Shown here: in pieces, positions 36,234-47,873 of the stretch | Position numbering within the stretch: the stretch's first letter is position 1 | Layout of the letters: each line of letters begins with the position of its first letter | Source: a virus | DNA length: 64,000 nt | Strand: one strand, 5' to 3' | Virus record (IMG/VR): IMGVR_UViG_3300021963_000054 | Location: 1 to 64,000 of that record | The notes under the pieces: generated by a model | The model's input: the letters and a program-made list of their open reading frames with translations, nothing else | Told to the model about the DNA's origin: nothing | Databases searched by the model: none | Made by a program: the position numbers and the translations under genes

Positions 36234-39200
36234 ATGACTGCTACTTTTAACTACGATCCATACTATGATGATTTTGATGAAGATAAAAACTTCATGCGAG
36301 TTTTGTTTCGTCCTGGGTATTCGGTTCAAGCCCGTGAATTAACACAGCTACAAACTATATTAGCTAACCAAATTGAAAAATTTGGTAATCATATTTTTAA
36401 GAGCGGTAGTCCGATTGTTGGTGGTAAAGTTTCATTAGACACTAAAGCGAATTATGTTGTTCTGGCTGCTCAGTATAATAACTTGGACGTTGATGCTACA
36501 CAATTTCTAAACAAGACTGTCGTTTCGTATAACTCATCAAAAATAATTAGAGCAAAAGTTATCGCAATTGACACATCAACTGCGAATCCAATTCTAATTT
36601 TGAAATATCTAAGTGGCGAAAGATTTTCTGAATCGGACGAAATTCGTGTTTATGGACAAGAAATTTATGCACAACTAAGATCCACAGCAGCCGTTGGTGG
36701 TTCTTACGTTGCTAAATTGCAAGAGGGCATATACTACTTCAAAGGACAATTCGTAAAAGTAGTTCCACAATATCTTGTTCTTGAAATTTTCTATCGTGTA
36801 GGATATAACACATCAACAATCAATCTAAATCCATCTTACAAAGTTGGTATTGAATTTACCGAAACCATTGTTGATGAAATTGATGACACCTCTCTATTGG
36901 ATCCAGCGCAGGGAGCATTTAATTATCAAGCCCCCGGCGCAGAACGTTTTGCGATCCAAACATCTCTTTCAAAGCGGACATTAGATTCTGCTGACATTTC
37001 CACATTCTTTGAAATCGTTCGTCTTGTTAATGGCGTAAAAACAAAAGAAATTGAATATCCAATTTATAGCGAAATTGAAAAAACTTTAGCTCGCCGAACA
37101 CATGACGAATCTGGAAACTATACAGTGGACCCATTTGTAGTTTCTCTTGAAGAAGGAGATAGTGCTAATGGCAAATTTAACGTTGTTTTGGATCCAGGTA
37201 AAGCATATGTGAGTGGTTATGAGTTTGAAACTATTGCTCCAACAATTATTGAAGTTGACCGAGCGAGAGATGTTTCAAATGTTTCAAGTTTTGACTTACC
37301 AACAAACTATGAAAGTAGTTTAGTTCTAGCAAACGTTCGTGGTACACTTGATATTACATCATTCCCATCTTTGGATATTCATTCCGTTCCACTGACAAAC
37401 ATAAGTTTGTCCACAACAGCAACATATAATTCTACCAAAATTGGTACCATTAATGCGAATATGATTCGCTACAATGATTCAACACTTTCATCAAATGGAA
37501 ATAGTCACAGTCATGTAGTGAATACGTTTGGAGCAAACACAACTCCTATCACAGGAACATTAGCCGCATCAGGTTCATCTGCTACTACAATCGCAATTCC
37601 TGCCGCATTCAATGCTGGTTTGCCATTGAATGCATATGCAAACATGTATTTTCAAATTACCAATGGTGCTGGCGCTTCATTGTCGCCAATTCTAATTACT
37701 AGTTCAAATACCGTAACTCTCAATTTAGCATCATCATTGACTTTTATTCCAGGTTCAAACACATTCACTATTCAGTCTGATATTAGAAATGCAGAATCGT
37801 TAGTTCAAAATGGTGGATCATATATTCAATTTGGTGGTAATATTGATGTAGATTCAAAAGATCCAACTACAGGATTTGTATCTATCAGTGAACCAGCAAG
37901 AACAAGTCTTGTTTTTGAAACTCCATATGAAGCTATTAAAGCTAATACAATTAGCAATATGGACTTTCAAGTTAGAAAACTATATCAGGGAACAACGGTA
38001 GGCTCTAGCGGTGTATTTACTGTGACCGCTTCTGGCACAGATACGTTCTCGTTCTCATCTGGAGTAGATCCACTTAGCAATTCGCAGATTCAAGACAATA
38101 TAATTTGTTTTGTTCGTTCCGATAGTGCAAGTAATACTCAGTATGGTATTCAACCTAATACAGTTATTAGTTTATCGCAATCTGGTTTTGCTGTTACTCC
38201 GATATCAGCATCTCAGTTTTCAATTGATTTGAAAGCTACTCAAACAATCAAAGTTGATTTGCTTATAAAAACAAAAATTAATAACGCTGAAGATGGTACA
38301 AACGGTGTTACCAAGCGTAAACAATTGGTGCCAATTACGGGCGGAATAGACTTACATTCATTGATTCCTTATGAAATGAATACTGCTGGAACTGAGGGAA
38401 CAACTGTTCTATATTCAGCAAATACATCTGGCGAAGTAACCTATTTTGCTGGCGGTGCGGTATTCAAAAGTATCGGCGCAATCAATTTTGATAACGGCAC
38501 AGTATTAACAGATTTGAGAACACCAGGAAAAGCAGTTAGCTTGCAAGTTCCGGATGTGTATGAAATTATTGGCATTTATGATTCTAAAAATACAGGATCA
38601 AATGTTACCTCTGCTATGTTGACAACTGCATCTAATGATATTACAACACACTATGAGTTTGACAATGGTCAACGCAAAACTCATTATGACCACGCAACAA
38701 TTAAATTGAAACGTGGTTATTCTGCGCCTGTTGGAAAAGTATTTGTACAATATAGATACTTCAAAAGTTTATCCGTATTTGCAGGCTTATTTGATGTTGA
38801 TTCATACTCAAAAGGTTCAAACATCTCTTATGATGAAATTTCTAAGTTTGATAATAAAGAAGATAAAAAACTTATTCCTCTAAGAGGCGCATTTGACTTT
38901 AGACCCTACAGAGCAATTGGTGGAACATCATTATCTGGAGCATTGAATCCAGAACCACTAGAAAACATCACGATGAATTATGATTACTACTTGCCAAGAA
39001 TTGACCAAGTGGTAGTTAAATCTTCTAGAGAAATTGGAGTGTTGAAAGGACAATCAGCCGTTGTTCCAGTTCCACCTCCAGTTGATAAAAAAGATATGTT
39101 GATTTATACTTTGTATATTCCAGCATATACCGAAAGTGTTAAAGATATCCGCGCAGACTTTAAGAATCATCGCAGATATACGATGAGTGACATTCAGGCG

Positions 39201-42200
39201 TTTGAGGATAGAATTCGTGGACTAGAGTACTATGTTGCATTGACAACATTGGAAAAGGATGCAGCCTCAACAAAAATTCTGGACAACAATGGTCTTGAAC
39301 GCTCAAAATATGGTATTCTTGTTGATAACTTCACAACAAAAGATTCACAAGCCACATTCTCAGACGCAGACTATGATAACAGAAACTTGATTGATGCTGG
39401 AAGATTGTATCCAGCTTCTCTAATGAGAACTGTTGCATTGGAAGCAAATACATCATTAAGCACAGGTGCAACAAAAGTTGTTGGAACTGGTACCAAAAAA
39501 GCATTGATGCTTTCATACACAACCTCTGAATTTGCAAAGCAACCTTATGCAACAAAATCTTTAGCGATTGCTGATGCAACTTTTGCTAACTTTAAAGGTA
39601 AAACAAAACTGTTCCCAGAATTTACTGGAGATGTTGATACTGGTTCTACAGCGAGAGTTACACTAAATTCAACTCAGGGCATTGATAATGCTTTCAACTT
39701 TATCAATGATGCATTTAAGTATGTTGCTGACAATAATAAACAATGGGCTGATGATAGAAATAGTCCCTTTGCTCAAATTGCTGATAGTAAATGGTATAAA
39801 ACTTTAAGAGAAACAGATTATACTAAACAAACAACCATACATTTAGGCGGAAGAACTTTCGGTCAATATGCAGCCGTTAATGACAACACTTATTTGACTA
39901 AGGGCGCAGAACTAAATCAGAAACAAATTTCCACATCAACTTCACAAGTGGACGTTGGAACTTTTGTTACAGATTTGGCTATTCAACCATACATGAAGTC
40001 AAAGCAAATTCTTTTTGCTACCGAAGGCATGAGACCTTCAACAGTAATGTATTCTTTCTTTGATGAAACTGATGTTAACAAGTATATTGTAGTGCCAAAC
40101 AAAGTTACTTTGAATGCTAATACAACTTTGATTTCTGGCGAATCAGTTCTTACAGCAAACACTATTGCAGACTTGACCGCAAACTTAGTAAGTCTATTAT
40201 CTGGTGGAAATTCTTTTGATGCTGGATTTGTTGTTGTAAGTGAGATTGGATCTGCTAATGTATCCATTATCAATGAAACAGGTAAACCTCTTTCGGGTAA
40301 ATATGTTTATGGACTAGACACCGGTAAATATTACACAGTAAGTTCCGTAGATGACCATCGTTCCGGTGTAACAAGAGGCGTTAGTGCTTCAACAATTACC
40401 CTTGCTTCCGATGCGCCAGCTTACAGCATAGTTGGAAACACGATTACTCTTATTCGCTCAACTTCATCATTTGAAGGAGTGGGCGCACAATTTACAGTAA
40501 CATCGTATGATACCAGCACAAAGGTTGCTACCGTAAGTGGAGCAAGTGCATATGCTGGTGGAACATATGTCTATAGTTTTGGAACAAATAGAACGAACAC
40601 TTTAGGACAAGTTGGCGGTGCATTCTATATGCCAAAAGCAACATTCCGTTCAGGTGAAAGAAACTTCCGCGTTACTGAATCTTTTAATAACACATATGAC
40701 GCAGATTCAATTTCGTTCTCAGATAAAACATACAACGCAACTGGTCTAACAGTAAGCAAAACAACTCTTGTTGATACTGTATTGAATGTTGATGTTGATA
40801 GAAAAATTGTTGGCACACAAACTTCTGATAGATTGATTGGTTCTGTAGCATCTGGTCAAGAATTTTTATATGCATGGTCTACTACCGATCCACTTGCACA
40901 AACATTCTTTGTTGATCCTGTAGTATATCCACAAGGTTTGTTCTTAAGTAGTGTTGATTTATTCTTTAAAGCAAAAGATGATGGCAACTTGCCAGTGACA
41001 ATGCAAATTCGTCCAACGGTAAATGGATTTCCATCTTCTGATTACTGGTATCCAGAATCTGTTGTGGTTAAATATCCATCACAGATTAATGTGTCTGAAT
41101 CGCCAAGCGTTTCAATTGCAAGTACAGCTACCAATTTTGAGTTTAGTTTTCCTGTTTATTTGAAACCAGGTCTATACGCACTAATTGTTTTGGCTGATAC
41201 TCAAGACTACATTCTTTGGCAAGCTGAAAAGGGCGGAACAACTACCAACAATGAGTATGTTGATAAACAGCCATACATGGGTACTTTGTATAAATCACAA
41301 AATACCGCAGAATGGACTCCGTTTATTAATGAAGACTTGATGTTTAGATTAAATCGTTGTGTTTTCACAACAAACAGCACTGCAACATATTACTTAAGAA
41401 ATGAAGCATTAGGCAGCGTTACAAATTATGATAAATTGAGATTGATTACAAATTCAATTGTACCAGATGCAAAAGTTACATCGTTGACGCATAGCATCGC
41501 AACGACTACGATTTCGGGCGCAAAAGAATCTTCATTTAGAACATTGTCTCCAGGACAAACATATGATTTCTCCAACGATGACTTATATCAAATTGGTTAT
41601 CGTAGAAAGAAAATGCTCAATGCAAATGATTTTACATTGAAACTTGATATGACAACAACAAGTGATGCTGTGTCGCCAATCTTCTCATTAGAATCTGCTT
41701 ATGTTAACATGTGGGAAAACTACATTGATAATGCAGAAATTAATTCTGAAGACTTCACAATCATTGCCCCAGGCAGTGGTTACAGTAATGCAAACTTGAT
41801 TACTATCACAAGTTCATCTGGTACCGGAGCAAATGCTAACGTGACTGTTGACGCAAATGGTAATGTTATTGCAGTTTATGTAACATCGCCAGGTTCTGGT
41901 TATTTGGATGACTTTGAAATTTCTTACTATACGCATCCAACAACTCCAGCAACAATCGTATTGAATAGCGAATATGATTCTACTGGTGGACCATGTTTAG
42001 CACGTTACATTACCAAGCCAGTTAAGTTAGCTGATGGATATGATGCTGGCGATTTGCGTGTATTCCTTGGCGCAAACAAGCCAGGATCTTCGGAAGTTTC
42101 GGTATTTTATAAAGTATTATCTGATAGTGATGCAACTTCATTTAAGGATAGACCATATCAGAAAATGGTATGTATTAATCCTACGGTAACTGCATCGCCA

Positions 42201-42392
42201 GATACAGAAGGCTTCCGTGATTATGAATATCGCCCATCTGCAACAGTAAACGCAATTACATATACTGGCGAAAATGGAGTTACATATGATACATTTAAGA
42301 CTTTTGCAATTAAAATTGTATTGACCTCCAGTGATCCAGCGATTGTGCCAAGTGTTAAAGACTTGCGTATCATCGCAACTCCTGCCGAGTAA
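36234..42392 (+). CDS. Large virion structural protein (DUF4815/VrlC-like)
   Basis: PYYDDFD...VLFRPGYSVQARELTQLQ, LARRTHDESGNY, RRYTMSDI, DPLAQTF, DLRIIA. Confidence 0.85.
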   Translation: MTATFNYDPYYDDFDEDKNFMRVLFRPGYSVQARELTQLQTILANQIEKFGNHIFKSGSPIVGGKVSLDTKANYVVLAAQYNNLDVDATQFLNKTVVSYNSSKIIRAKVIAIDTSTANPILILKYLSGERFSESDEIRVYGQEIYAQLRSTAAVGGSYVAKLQEGIYYFKGQFVKVVPQYLVLEIFYRVGYNTSTINLNPSYKVGIEFTETIVDEIDDTSLLDPAQGAFNYQAPGAERFAIQTSLSKRTLDSADISTFFEIVRLVNGVKTKEIEYPIYSEIEKTLARRTHDESGNYTVDPFVVSLEEGDSANGKFNVVLDPGKAYVSGYEFETIAPTIIEVDRARDVSNVSSFDLPTNYESSLVLANVRGTLDITSFPSLDIHSVPLTNISLSTTATYNSTKIGTINANMIRYNDSTLSSNGNSHSHVVNTFGANTTPITGTLAASGSSATTIAIPAAFNAGLPLNAYANMYFQITNGAGASLSPILITSSNTVTLNLASSLTFIPGSNTFTIQSDIRNAESLVQNGGSYIQFGGNIDVDSKDPTTGFVSISEPARTSLVFETPYEAIKANTISNMDFQVRKLYQGTTVGSSGVFTVTASGTDTFSFSSGVDPLSNSQIQDNIICFVRSDSASNTQYGIQPNTVISLSQSGFAVTPISASQFSIDLKATQTIKVDLLIKTKINNAEDGTNGVTKRKQLVPITGGIDLHSLIPYEMNTAGTEGTTVLYSANTSGEVTYFAGGAVFKSIGAINFDNGTVLTDLRTPGKAVSLQVPDVYEIIGIYDSKNTGSNVTSAMLTTASNDITTHYEFDNGQRKTHYDHATIKLKRGYSAPVGKVFVQYRYFKSLSVFAGLFDVDSYSKGSNISYDEISKFDNKEDKKLIPLRGAFDFRPYRAIGGTSLSGALNPEPLENITMNYDYYLPRIDQVVVKSSREIGVLKGQSAVVPVPPPVDKKDMLIYTLYIPAYTESVKDIRADFKNHRRYTMSDIQAFEDRIRGLEYYVALTTLEKDAASTKILDNNGLERSKYGILVDNFTTKDSQATFSDADYDNRNLIDAGRLYPASLMRTVALEANTSLSTGATKVVGTGTKKALMLSYTTSEFAKQPYATKSLAIADATFANFKGKTKLFPEFTGDVDTGSTARVTLNSTQGIDNAFNFINDAFKYVADNNKQWADDRNSPFAQIADSKWYKTLRETDYTKQTTIHLGGRTFGQYAAVNDNTYLTKGAELNQKQISTSTSQVDVGTFVTDLAIQPYMKSKQILFATEGMRPSTVMYSFFDETDVNKYIVVPNKVTLNANTTLISGESVLTANTIADLTANLVSLLSGGNSFDAGFVVVSEIGSANVSIINETGKPLSGKYVYGLDTGKYYTVSSVDDHRSGVTRGVSASTITLASDAPAYSIVGNTITLIRSTSSFEGVGAQFTVTSYDTSTKVATVSGASAYAGGTYVYSFGTNRTNTLGQVGGAFYMPKATFRSGERNFRVTESFNNTYDADSISFSDKTYNATGLTVSKTTLVDTVLNVDVDRKIVGTQTSDRLIGSVASGQEFLYAWSTTDPLAQTFFVDPVVYPQGLFLSSVDLFFKAKDDGNLPVTMQIRPTVNGFPSSDYWYPESVVVKYPSQINVSESPSVSIASTATNFEFSFPVYLKPGLYALIVLADTQDYILWQAEKGGTTTNNEYVDKQPYMGTLYKSQNTAEWTPFINEDLMFRLNRCVFTTNSTATYYLRNEALGSVTNYDKLRLITNSIVPDAKVTSLTHSIATTTISGAKESSFRTLSPGQTYDFSNDDLYQIGYRRKKMLNANDFTLKLDMTTTSDAVSPIFSLESAYVNMWENYIDNAEINSEDFTIIAPGSGYSNANLITITSSSGTGANANVTVDANGNVIAVYVTSPGSGYLDDFEISYYTHPTTPATIVLNSEYDSTGGPCLARYITKPVKLADGYDAGDLRVFLGANKPGSSEVSVFYKVLSDSDATSFKDRPYQKMVCINPTVTASPDTEGFRDYEYRPSATVNAITYTGENGVTYDTFKTFAIKIVLTSSDPAIVPSVKDLRIIATPAE

Positions 42393-42394
42393 TC

Positions 42395-42628
42395 ATGCTT
42401 GTGAAAGTTGAAGGTACCAATTTTATTAAAGATACCGGCACAAACGCCCTGTTGATGACGGGGCGGAATGCTTTGGTAGAAAATGAAGCAAGGAAAAAAC
42501 TTGCCGATAGGATGAATGGCAAAAATAATGAGATAAATAACTTGAAGAATCAAGTGGAAGAATTGTCTTCGGATATGAAGGAAATTAAGTCCCTACTAAA
42601 CGCATTGTTGAAACAGAGTAAAGAATAA
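42395..42628 (+). CDS. Small coiled-coil virion-associated protein
   Basis: 77 aa, C-terminal EINNLK...DMKEIKSLL heptads. Confidence 0.7.
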   Translation: MLVKVEGTNFIKDTGTNALLMTGRNALVENEARKKLADRMNGKNNEINNLKNQVEELSSDMKEIKSLLNALLKQSKE

Positions 42629-45600
42629 TGTCAATTAATAACATTACACGAACAAATACGATTGATGAATGGCGCATCCAGACAAATCAATCTGCGACCG
42701 AACTTAATAAAATAGAGACTGGAAATTATGATAAATTTTCTGGCTCTCTTAATATTGCATGTACCGCAGTTTTATCCATTACCGCTCAAGGAACTCCGCT
42801 TCAAGTTTCAAATAATGCACTAATTGGCACTCAACTTACCGTCGGTAAAGATATTATTTTAGGTTCAGAAATATCTCAAACCGGTAATTTGTCAGTTGGC
42901 AATACAGTTTATATTTACGGTGGTGCAACGGCACTTTATGTTGCAAACAATGTAATATCTAATGGCAGTCTTCTTGTTAGAAACACAATCACAACAAACA
43001 ATGTAACCGTAAATTCAAACGTAGTTGTTGTGGGTACAGCAAACGCAGGATATTTAGGTGTAGCAAATAGTGGTTATGTTGGCACAACTTTAACTGTTAT
43101 TGGAAATACAGCAGTTGGTAATTTGACAACCGCAAACTCAGTTGTTGCAGACAATGGTCGCTTTAGTAATAACGTAACTGTAGAACATATCATAGCGGCT
43201 AATTCTGTTGTATCTTATGGCGCTAGAATAACCAATAACACAATTACAGGCAATTTAAATTCAACATCTGTTGTAGCTGATAATGCAAGAATCACAGCAA
43301 ATGCTACAGCAACAGAAATAACTGTCACAACTCTAAATGCAACAAATGCTAGAGTGTCGGGAAATGCAAACGTTGCACACCTAACATCTTCTGGTTCTGT
43401 TGTTGCTGATAATGCAAGAATCACAGCAAATGCTACAGTTGCACACCTAACATCTTCTGGTTCTGTTGTTGCTGATAATGCAAGAATCACAGCAAATGCT
43501 ACGGCAACTGAAGTAACTGTGACAACTTTAAATGCAACTAATGCTAGAATTTCAGCAAACGCAAACGTTGCACATCTAACATCTTCCAGCTCTGTTGTTG
43601 CAGACAATCTAAGAATAACAAGTCCAACTGCTTCTGCTAACATCAGCGGTAACGTTATTGCCGGAAACGTAAATACACAAGGTATGGTGTATGCTGGTTC
43701 TTTAGTATCAGGTAAGACAGATGTTGGCGCATTAACTGTAACATCTTTAAGTACAGGTGGAGAGGCAACGGTTGGCGATTTAAATGTAACTGGCGATTTT
43801 GTATTGTCTGGTAGCATTGTTTATGATGCAGATATATTAACAATTAGCACTGCATCACCAATAACAACTACCGGAGAAGCATACTTTGGTGTATTCAGAG
43901 GAAATGATAAAGGCGGTGTATCTGGTGGATCTGGTGGCGCATCAGCAAATGCCAACGCATATATTCGCTGGAGTTCATCGGCTAACAACTGGCAAATTCG
44001 TGATGTATTCAATTCAGATTCCACAACAACATATTCCAAAATACTTACCGCAAATCTAATTACAACAAGTACTGCATCGGTAAGTAACAATGATTTTGCG
44101 TCTTCATGGTTAATGAAAAACTATGTTGATAATGCAAATACAAATCTAAAAAGTTACGTAGACACAAGTGCTATTCAAACAGCGGCTGCAAATGCTGGAT
44201 TACTTGGTATCAATTTAAGCGCAAACATTGGTGCCGCTAGAATTGCTGATACCGCAAATTCTGGTTTGGGCGATATCATTGTAATGGGTCGTGCTAATGG
44301 CGCATTTGGTGTTGCTAATCTCGCATCAAATACATTCAACGGAACATCAGGTTCTGCGGCACCAAGTAACGGCATAATTTCGTTTACAAGCACGAATGGT
44401 GTCACATTAGTCGGTGCGTCTAATACCATTACTGTTAATACGCCACAAGATGTAAGAACAACGGCAAGTCCAACATTTAGCGGATTGACACTAACCAATG
44501 CTCTTCCTACATCACAAGGTGGTACAGGAGCAACTTCACCTGGCGGTGCGCTAACGAATTTATTACCAGCTGGCGGAACATCAGGATATGTTTTAGCGAC
44601 TAGCGGATCAGGAACTTATTACTGGGCCGCTGGTGGTACTGGAGGTGGTGGTAGTGCAACTCCCGGTACAACAATTGTTTCAACGAGAACAACACCAACT
44701 GTTAATGCATCACAAAGAATATTCGCAACACCTATCTATCAAACTGGTACAGGTCAGTTAAGAGTTTTTATCAATGGTGTTAGACAGTTTGCATCCGAAT
44801 ATACTGAAGGCGCAAATAACTTAACAGGTGTGGCATCAGTATCATCAAATGGTTATTTTTCAACAACATCAGCAACTTCAACTCTTGTTGCTAACGCGGC
44901 TCTTGCGATTACTGGAACATTAACCGGAACAGGAACAATTACATCGTATGTTTCCGGAAAAACATATTATATAAGCAACATAAATGGCAATTTCTTCTCA
45001 CTATCCGAAACTGTAGGTGGTGCGGCTATTACAACAACAGCAGGCACAACAACTGGTCTTTCATTCACGACTGGACATAATGTAACATTAACAACTGGAA
45101 CAAGTGCTGGTGATGCAATTTTACTTGAAGTTGATGCATACACGGTGAATCCTTATTACGCAAATAACATAGCATATGGACCTGTAACTGGCGAAATTGC
45201 CGCATCAGCAAATACCATTCAGTTGGCTATTGACAGTTTGGAATCAAGAAAGATTACAACAACAGCGGCACAAGCAAACGTTGGTGCTGGTCTAATTACA
45301 GTTACAAACGCATATCAAGCCAACGTTGGTGCGGCTAGAATTTCTGATGTAGCAACACTTCAAGCAAATACTGGTGCATTAAGTATTGGTTTAACTAATG
45401 AAATTTCTGGTAGACAAGCAAACGTAGGTGCGGCTGTAATCTCAGTCACAAATGGTTATCAAGCAAATACAGGTGCAGTAAACATTGGTTTAAGTAACGA
45501 GATAACGAATAGACAAGCAAATACTGGTGCAGTAAACATTGGTTTAAGTAACGAGATAACGAATAGACAAGCAAACGTAGGTGCGGCTGCAATTACTGTC

Positions 45601-46230
45601 ACAAATGGTTATCAAGCAAATACTGGTGCAGCCTTAATTACTGCATTAAATGCAAGTAACATTTCTTCGGGTACATTACCATCGGGTAGAATTTCTGGTT
45701 CTTATACTGGTATAACTGGCGTTGGTACACTCACAGCAGGGACTTGGAATGCCACTAGCATTAGTACAACATACACAGATGCTAAAGTAACTTCTGTTGC
45801 TAGTAAGACTGGAGCGGTTTCATTGGCGCAAGCGGACATTTCGGGATTAACAACCGCCAGCAGTCCAACATTTGCTGGACTAACTATAAATGGCTCAATT
45901 ACTGCTACTGGTGATATCACAGCTGGTTACTCGGATGATAAACTAAAAACAAGATTGGGTAATATTGAGAATGCTCTTGATAAAGTCTCGGCTATTTCAG
46001 GATTCTTCTATGAGCCAAATAAAACAGCACAAGATTTAGGTTTTGAAGTTAAGAGAGAAGTTGGTGTATCTGCACAAGAAGTTCAAGCAATTATGCCAGA
46101 AGTTGTTGTTCCTGCTCCAATAGATAATCAATACTTAACTGTTTACTATGAAAAACTTATTCCTCTGTTGATTGAAGCTATTAAAGAATTGAGAGCAGAA
46201 GTTGAAGAAATAAAAGGACAAATTAAATGA
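42628..46230 (+). CDS. Long tail fibre with C-terminal peptidase-S74-type intramolecular chaperone
   Basis: Beta-repeat shaft; GDITAGYSDDKLKT cleavage motif, GVSAQEVQAIMPEVV, YEKLIPLLIEAIKEL. Confidence 0.85.
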   Translation: MSINNITRTNTIDEWRIQTNQSATELNKIETGNYDKFSGSLNIACTAVLSITAQGTPLQVSNNALIGTQLTVGKDIILGSEISQTGNLSVGNTVYIYGGATALYVANNVISNGSLLVRNTITTNNVTVNSNVVVVGTANAGYLGVANSGYVGTTLTVIGNTAVGNLTTANSVVADNGRFSNNVTVEHIIAANSVVSYGARITNNTITGNLNSTSVVADNARITANATATEITVTTLNATNARVSGNANVAHLTSSGSVVADNARITANATVAHLTSSGSVVADNARITANATATEVTVTTLNATNARISANANVAHLTSSSSVVADNLRITSPTASANISGNVIAGNVNTQGMVYAGSLVSGKTDVGALTVTSLSTGGEATVGDLNVTGDFVLSGSIVYDADILTISTASPITTTGEAYFGVFRGNDKGGVSGGSGGASANANAYIRWSSSANNWQIRDVFNSDSTTTYSKILTANLITTSTASVSNNDFASSWLMKNYVDNANTNLKSYVDTSAIQTAAANAGLLGINLSANIGAARIADTANSGLGDIIVMGRANGAFGVANLASNTFNGTSGSAAPSNGIISFTSTNGVTLVGASNTITVNTPQDVRTTASPTFSGLTLTNALPTSQGGTGATSPGGALTNLLPAGGTSGYVLATSGSGTYYWAAGGTGGGGSATPGTTIVSTRTTPTVNASQRIFATPIYQTGTGQLRVFINGVRQFASEYTEGANNLTGVASVSSNGYFSTTSATSTLVANAALAITGTLTGTGTITSYVSGKTYYISNINGNFFSLSETVGGAAITTTAGTTTGLSFTTGHNVTLTTGTSAGDAILLEVDAYTVNPYYANNIAYGPVTGEIAASANTIQLAIDSLESRKITTTAAQANVGAGLITVTNAYQANVGAARISDVATLQANTGALSIGLTNEISGRQANVGAAVISVTNGYQANTGAVNIGLSNEITNRQANTGAVNIGLSNEITNRQANVGAAAITVTNGYQANTGAALITALNASNISSGTLPSGRISGSYTGITGVGTLTAGTWNATSISTTYTDAKVTSVASKTGAVSLAQADISGLTTASSPTFAGLTINGSITATGDITAGYSDDKLKTRLGNIENALDKVSAISGFFYEPNKTAQDLGFEVKREVGVSAQEVQAIMPEVVVPAPIDNQYLTVYYEKLIPLLIEAIKELRAEVEEIKGQIK
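45460..45567 (+). repeat. 54-bp tandem repeat x2 (18 aa) in the tail fibre
   Basis: caagcaaatac(a/t)ggtgcagtaaacattggtttaagtaacgagataacgaataga, twice with 1 mismatch. Confidence 0.9.
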
Positions 46231-47408
46231 CAACAAAAGTCACAGGTTCAGTTTTAGCGGATACCGCAGTTAGTGCGGGAACTTATGGCGGTACACAAAC
46301 CCTTAAAGCATTTACTGTTGATGCACAAGGCAGAGTTACATATGCCGCAAACATAACTTCCGGTGTTATTACTGCTGGAACAAGAGGACAAGGCGCAGAT
46401 ATTATTGTTCCAACAATTCAGTATAATGCATTGGGTCAAATTGTTGCGGCTACAAATACTACAATTCGCACAGCAACAACTTCTGTTACTGGTGTTGTTC
46501 AATTAGCTGATTCTGTTTCTAATACAAGTACTACAGCGGCCGCAACAGCAAGTGCAGTAAAAGCCGCTTTTGATGCGGCGGCTTCAAATGCGTCAACTGC
46601 GCTATCTTCCGCACAAGCAAATACGGGTGCTGTAAATATTGCACTAAGTAATGAAAGTTCAAGTAGACAAGCAAACGTAGGTGCAGTTGCCATTTCAGCC
46701 AAAAATGCTGATAATCTATCATCTGGTACAGTTGCATCTGGTAGAATTTCTGGATCATACACTGGCATAACTGGAGTTGGAACTTTAACTGTAGGATCAA
46801 TACCATACGCAACAAGTGCTGGTAGCGCAAGTTCAGCAACAAATGCAACATATGCAACAAGTGCTGGTAGTGCAACAAATGCATCTGCGGCTACAAATGC
46901 AACATATGCAACAACAGCGGGCAGTGCAACTTATGCTTCAAGTTCTGGTGGAACAAGTAGCGTTGCTTGGACTAATGTAAGTTCAAGACCATTTCAATTA
47001 GTTAGTAGTGGTAGTTTTGCTATTACGGGCACAGATACATTTTATACATTAGCATCACGCCAATCATTCTTTCAAGACCAAGCTGGTATATTCATGTTAT
47101 CTGTTTCTTGGGATTATAATTTTTCATATTTCAGAGGCGCATATATCATAGGGGCAACATATGGTTTAAATCAATTGGGATCAGTTTGGTATTTTCCACA
47201 ACCCAACACCGGCTATCATTTAGGTTTTCCTGGCTCATATGGCGAATACGCAAGATTATATTACTATAATGCCGGCGTAGGTTCAACACAAGAATTTAGA
47301 ATATATTTACAACAAACTACAGCTTACTATTATGGATCAATTCCTGGCGGTAGCGGAAATTGGTATCTACATAGAATTACTGATGGTTATGGCGGATATA
47401 TTGGTTAA
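46227..47408 (+). CDS. Tail fibre / adhesin with Tyr/Gly-rich tip
   Basis: VDAQGRVT and GVVQLADS...AATASAVK fibre repeats; aromatic-rich C-terminal domain. Confidence 0.75.
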   Translation: MTTKVTGSVLADTAVSAGTYGGTQTLKAFTVDAQGRVTYAANITSGVITAGTRGQGADIIVPTIQYNALGQIVAATNTTIRTATTSVTGVVQLADSVSNTSTTAAATASAVKAAFDAAASNASTALSSAQANTGAVNIALSNESSSRQANVGAVAISAKNADNLSSGTVASGRISGSYTGITGVGTLTVGSIPYATSAGSASSATNATYATSAGSATNASAATNATYATTAGSATYASSSGGTSSVAWTNVSSRPFQLVSSGSFAITGTDTFYTLASRQSFFQDQAGIFMLSVSWDYNFSYFRGAYIIGATYGLNQLGSVWYFPQPNTGYHLGFPGSYGEYARLYYYNAGVGSTQEFRIYLQQTTAYYYGSIPGGSGNWYLHRITDGYGGYIG

Positions 47409-47417
47409 GGATAAAAA

Positions 47418-47864
47418 ATGGAAATAATTTACGAACTAGATTCCGGATGCATTGTTAACAATGAATCTGAACAATATTTGACAAACGCTGGAGCAAGAGG
47501 TGCACTAGGAACAATAACAATATTACAAAATATTCCAACGGAAGAACTTGTTTTATATACAGTAAACACTACTACAAAGAAGATAGTTAAAGTTGTTAAC
47601 TCACTACAAGAGAAAGAACATTTAACTTATTTGGATGGAGCAAGAGCCGTTCGTAGTATGATGTTATCACAAACAGATATTTTGATGGGGCAATCGGATA
47701 GACTATCTCTAACGGAAAAAGAAGCATTGGAACAATTCAGACAGGATCTTAGAGATTTCAATAAAGATTTGGAATTAAACGAGAATCATCATTCGGGCGC
47801 AAAAATACAATTAGTTTTGCCTGAAGTACCTGAAGTTCTTAAAAAATATAAGTTATTCTATTAA
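47418..47864 (+). CDS. Tail fibre assembly chaperone-like
   Basis: RAVRSMMLSQTD...FRQDLRD...LPEVP pattern, downstream of a fibre gene. Confidence 0.6.
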   Translation: MEIIYELDSGCIVNNESEQYLTNAGARGALGTITILQNIPTEELVLYTVNTTTKKIVKVVNSLQEKEHLTYLDGARAVRSMMLSQTDILMGQSDRLSLTEKEALEQFRQDLRDFNKDLELNENHHSGAKIQLVLPEVPEVLKKYKLFY

Positions 47865-47873
47865 AGATAAAAC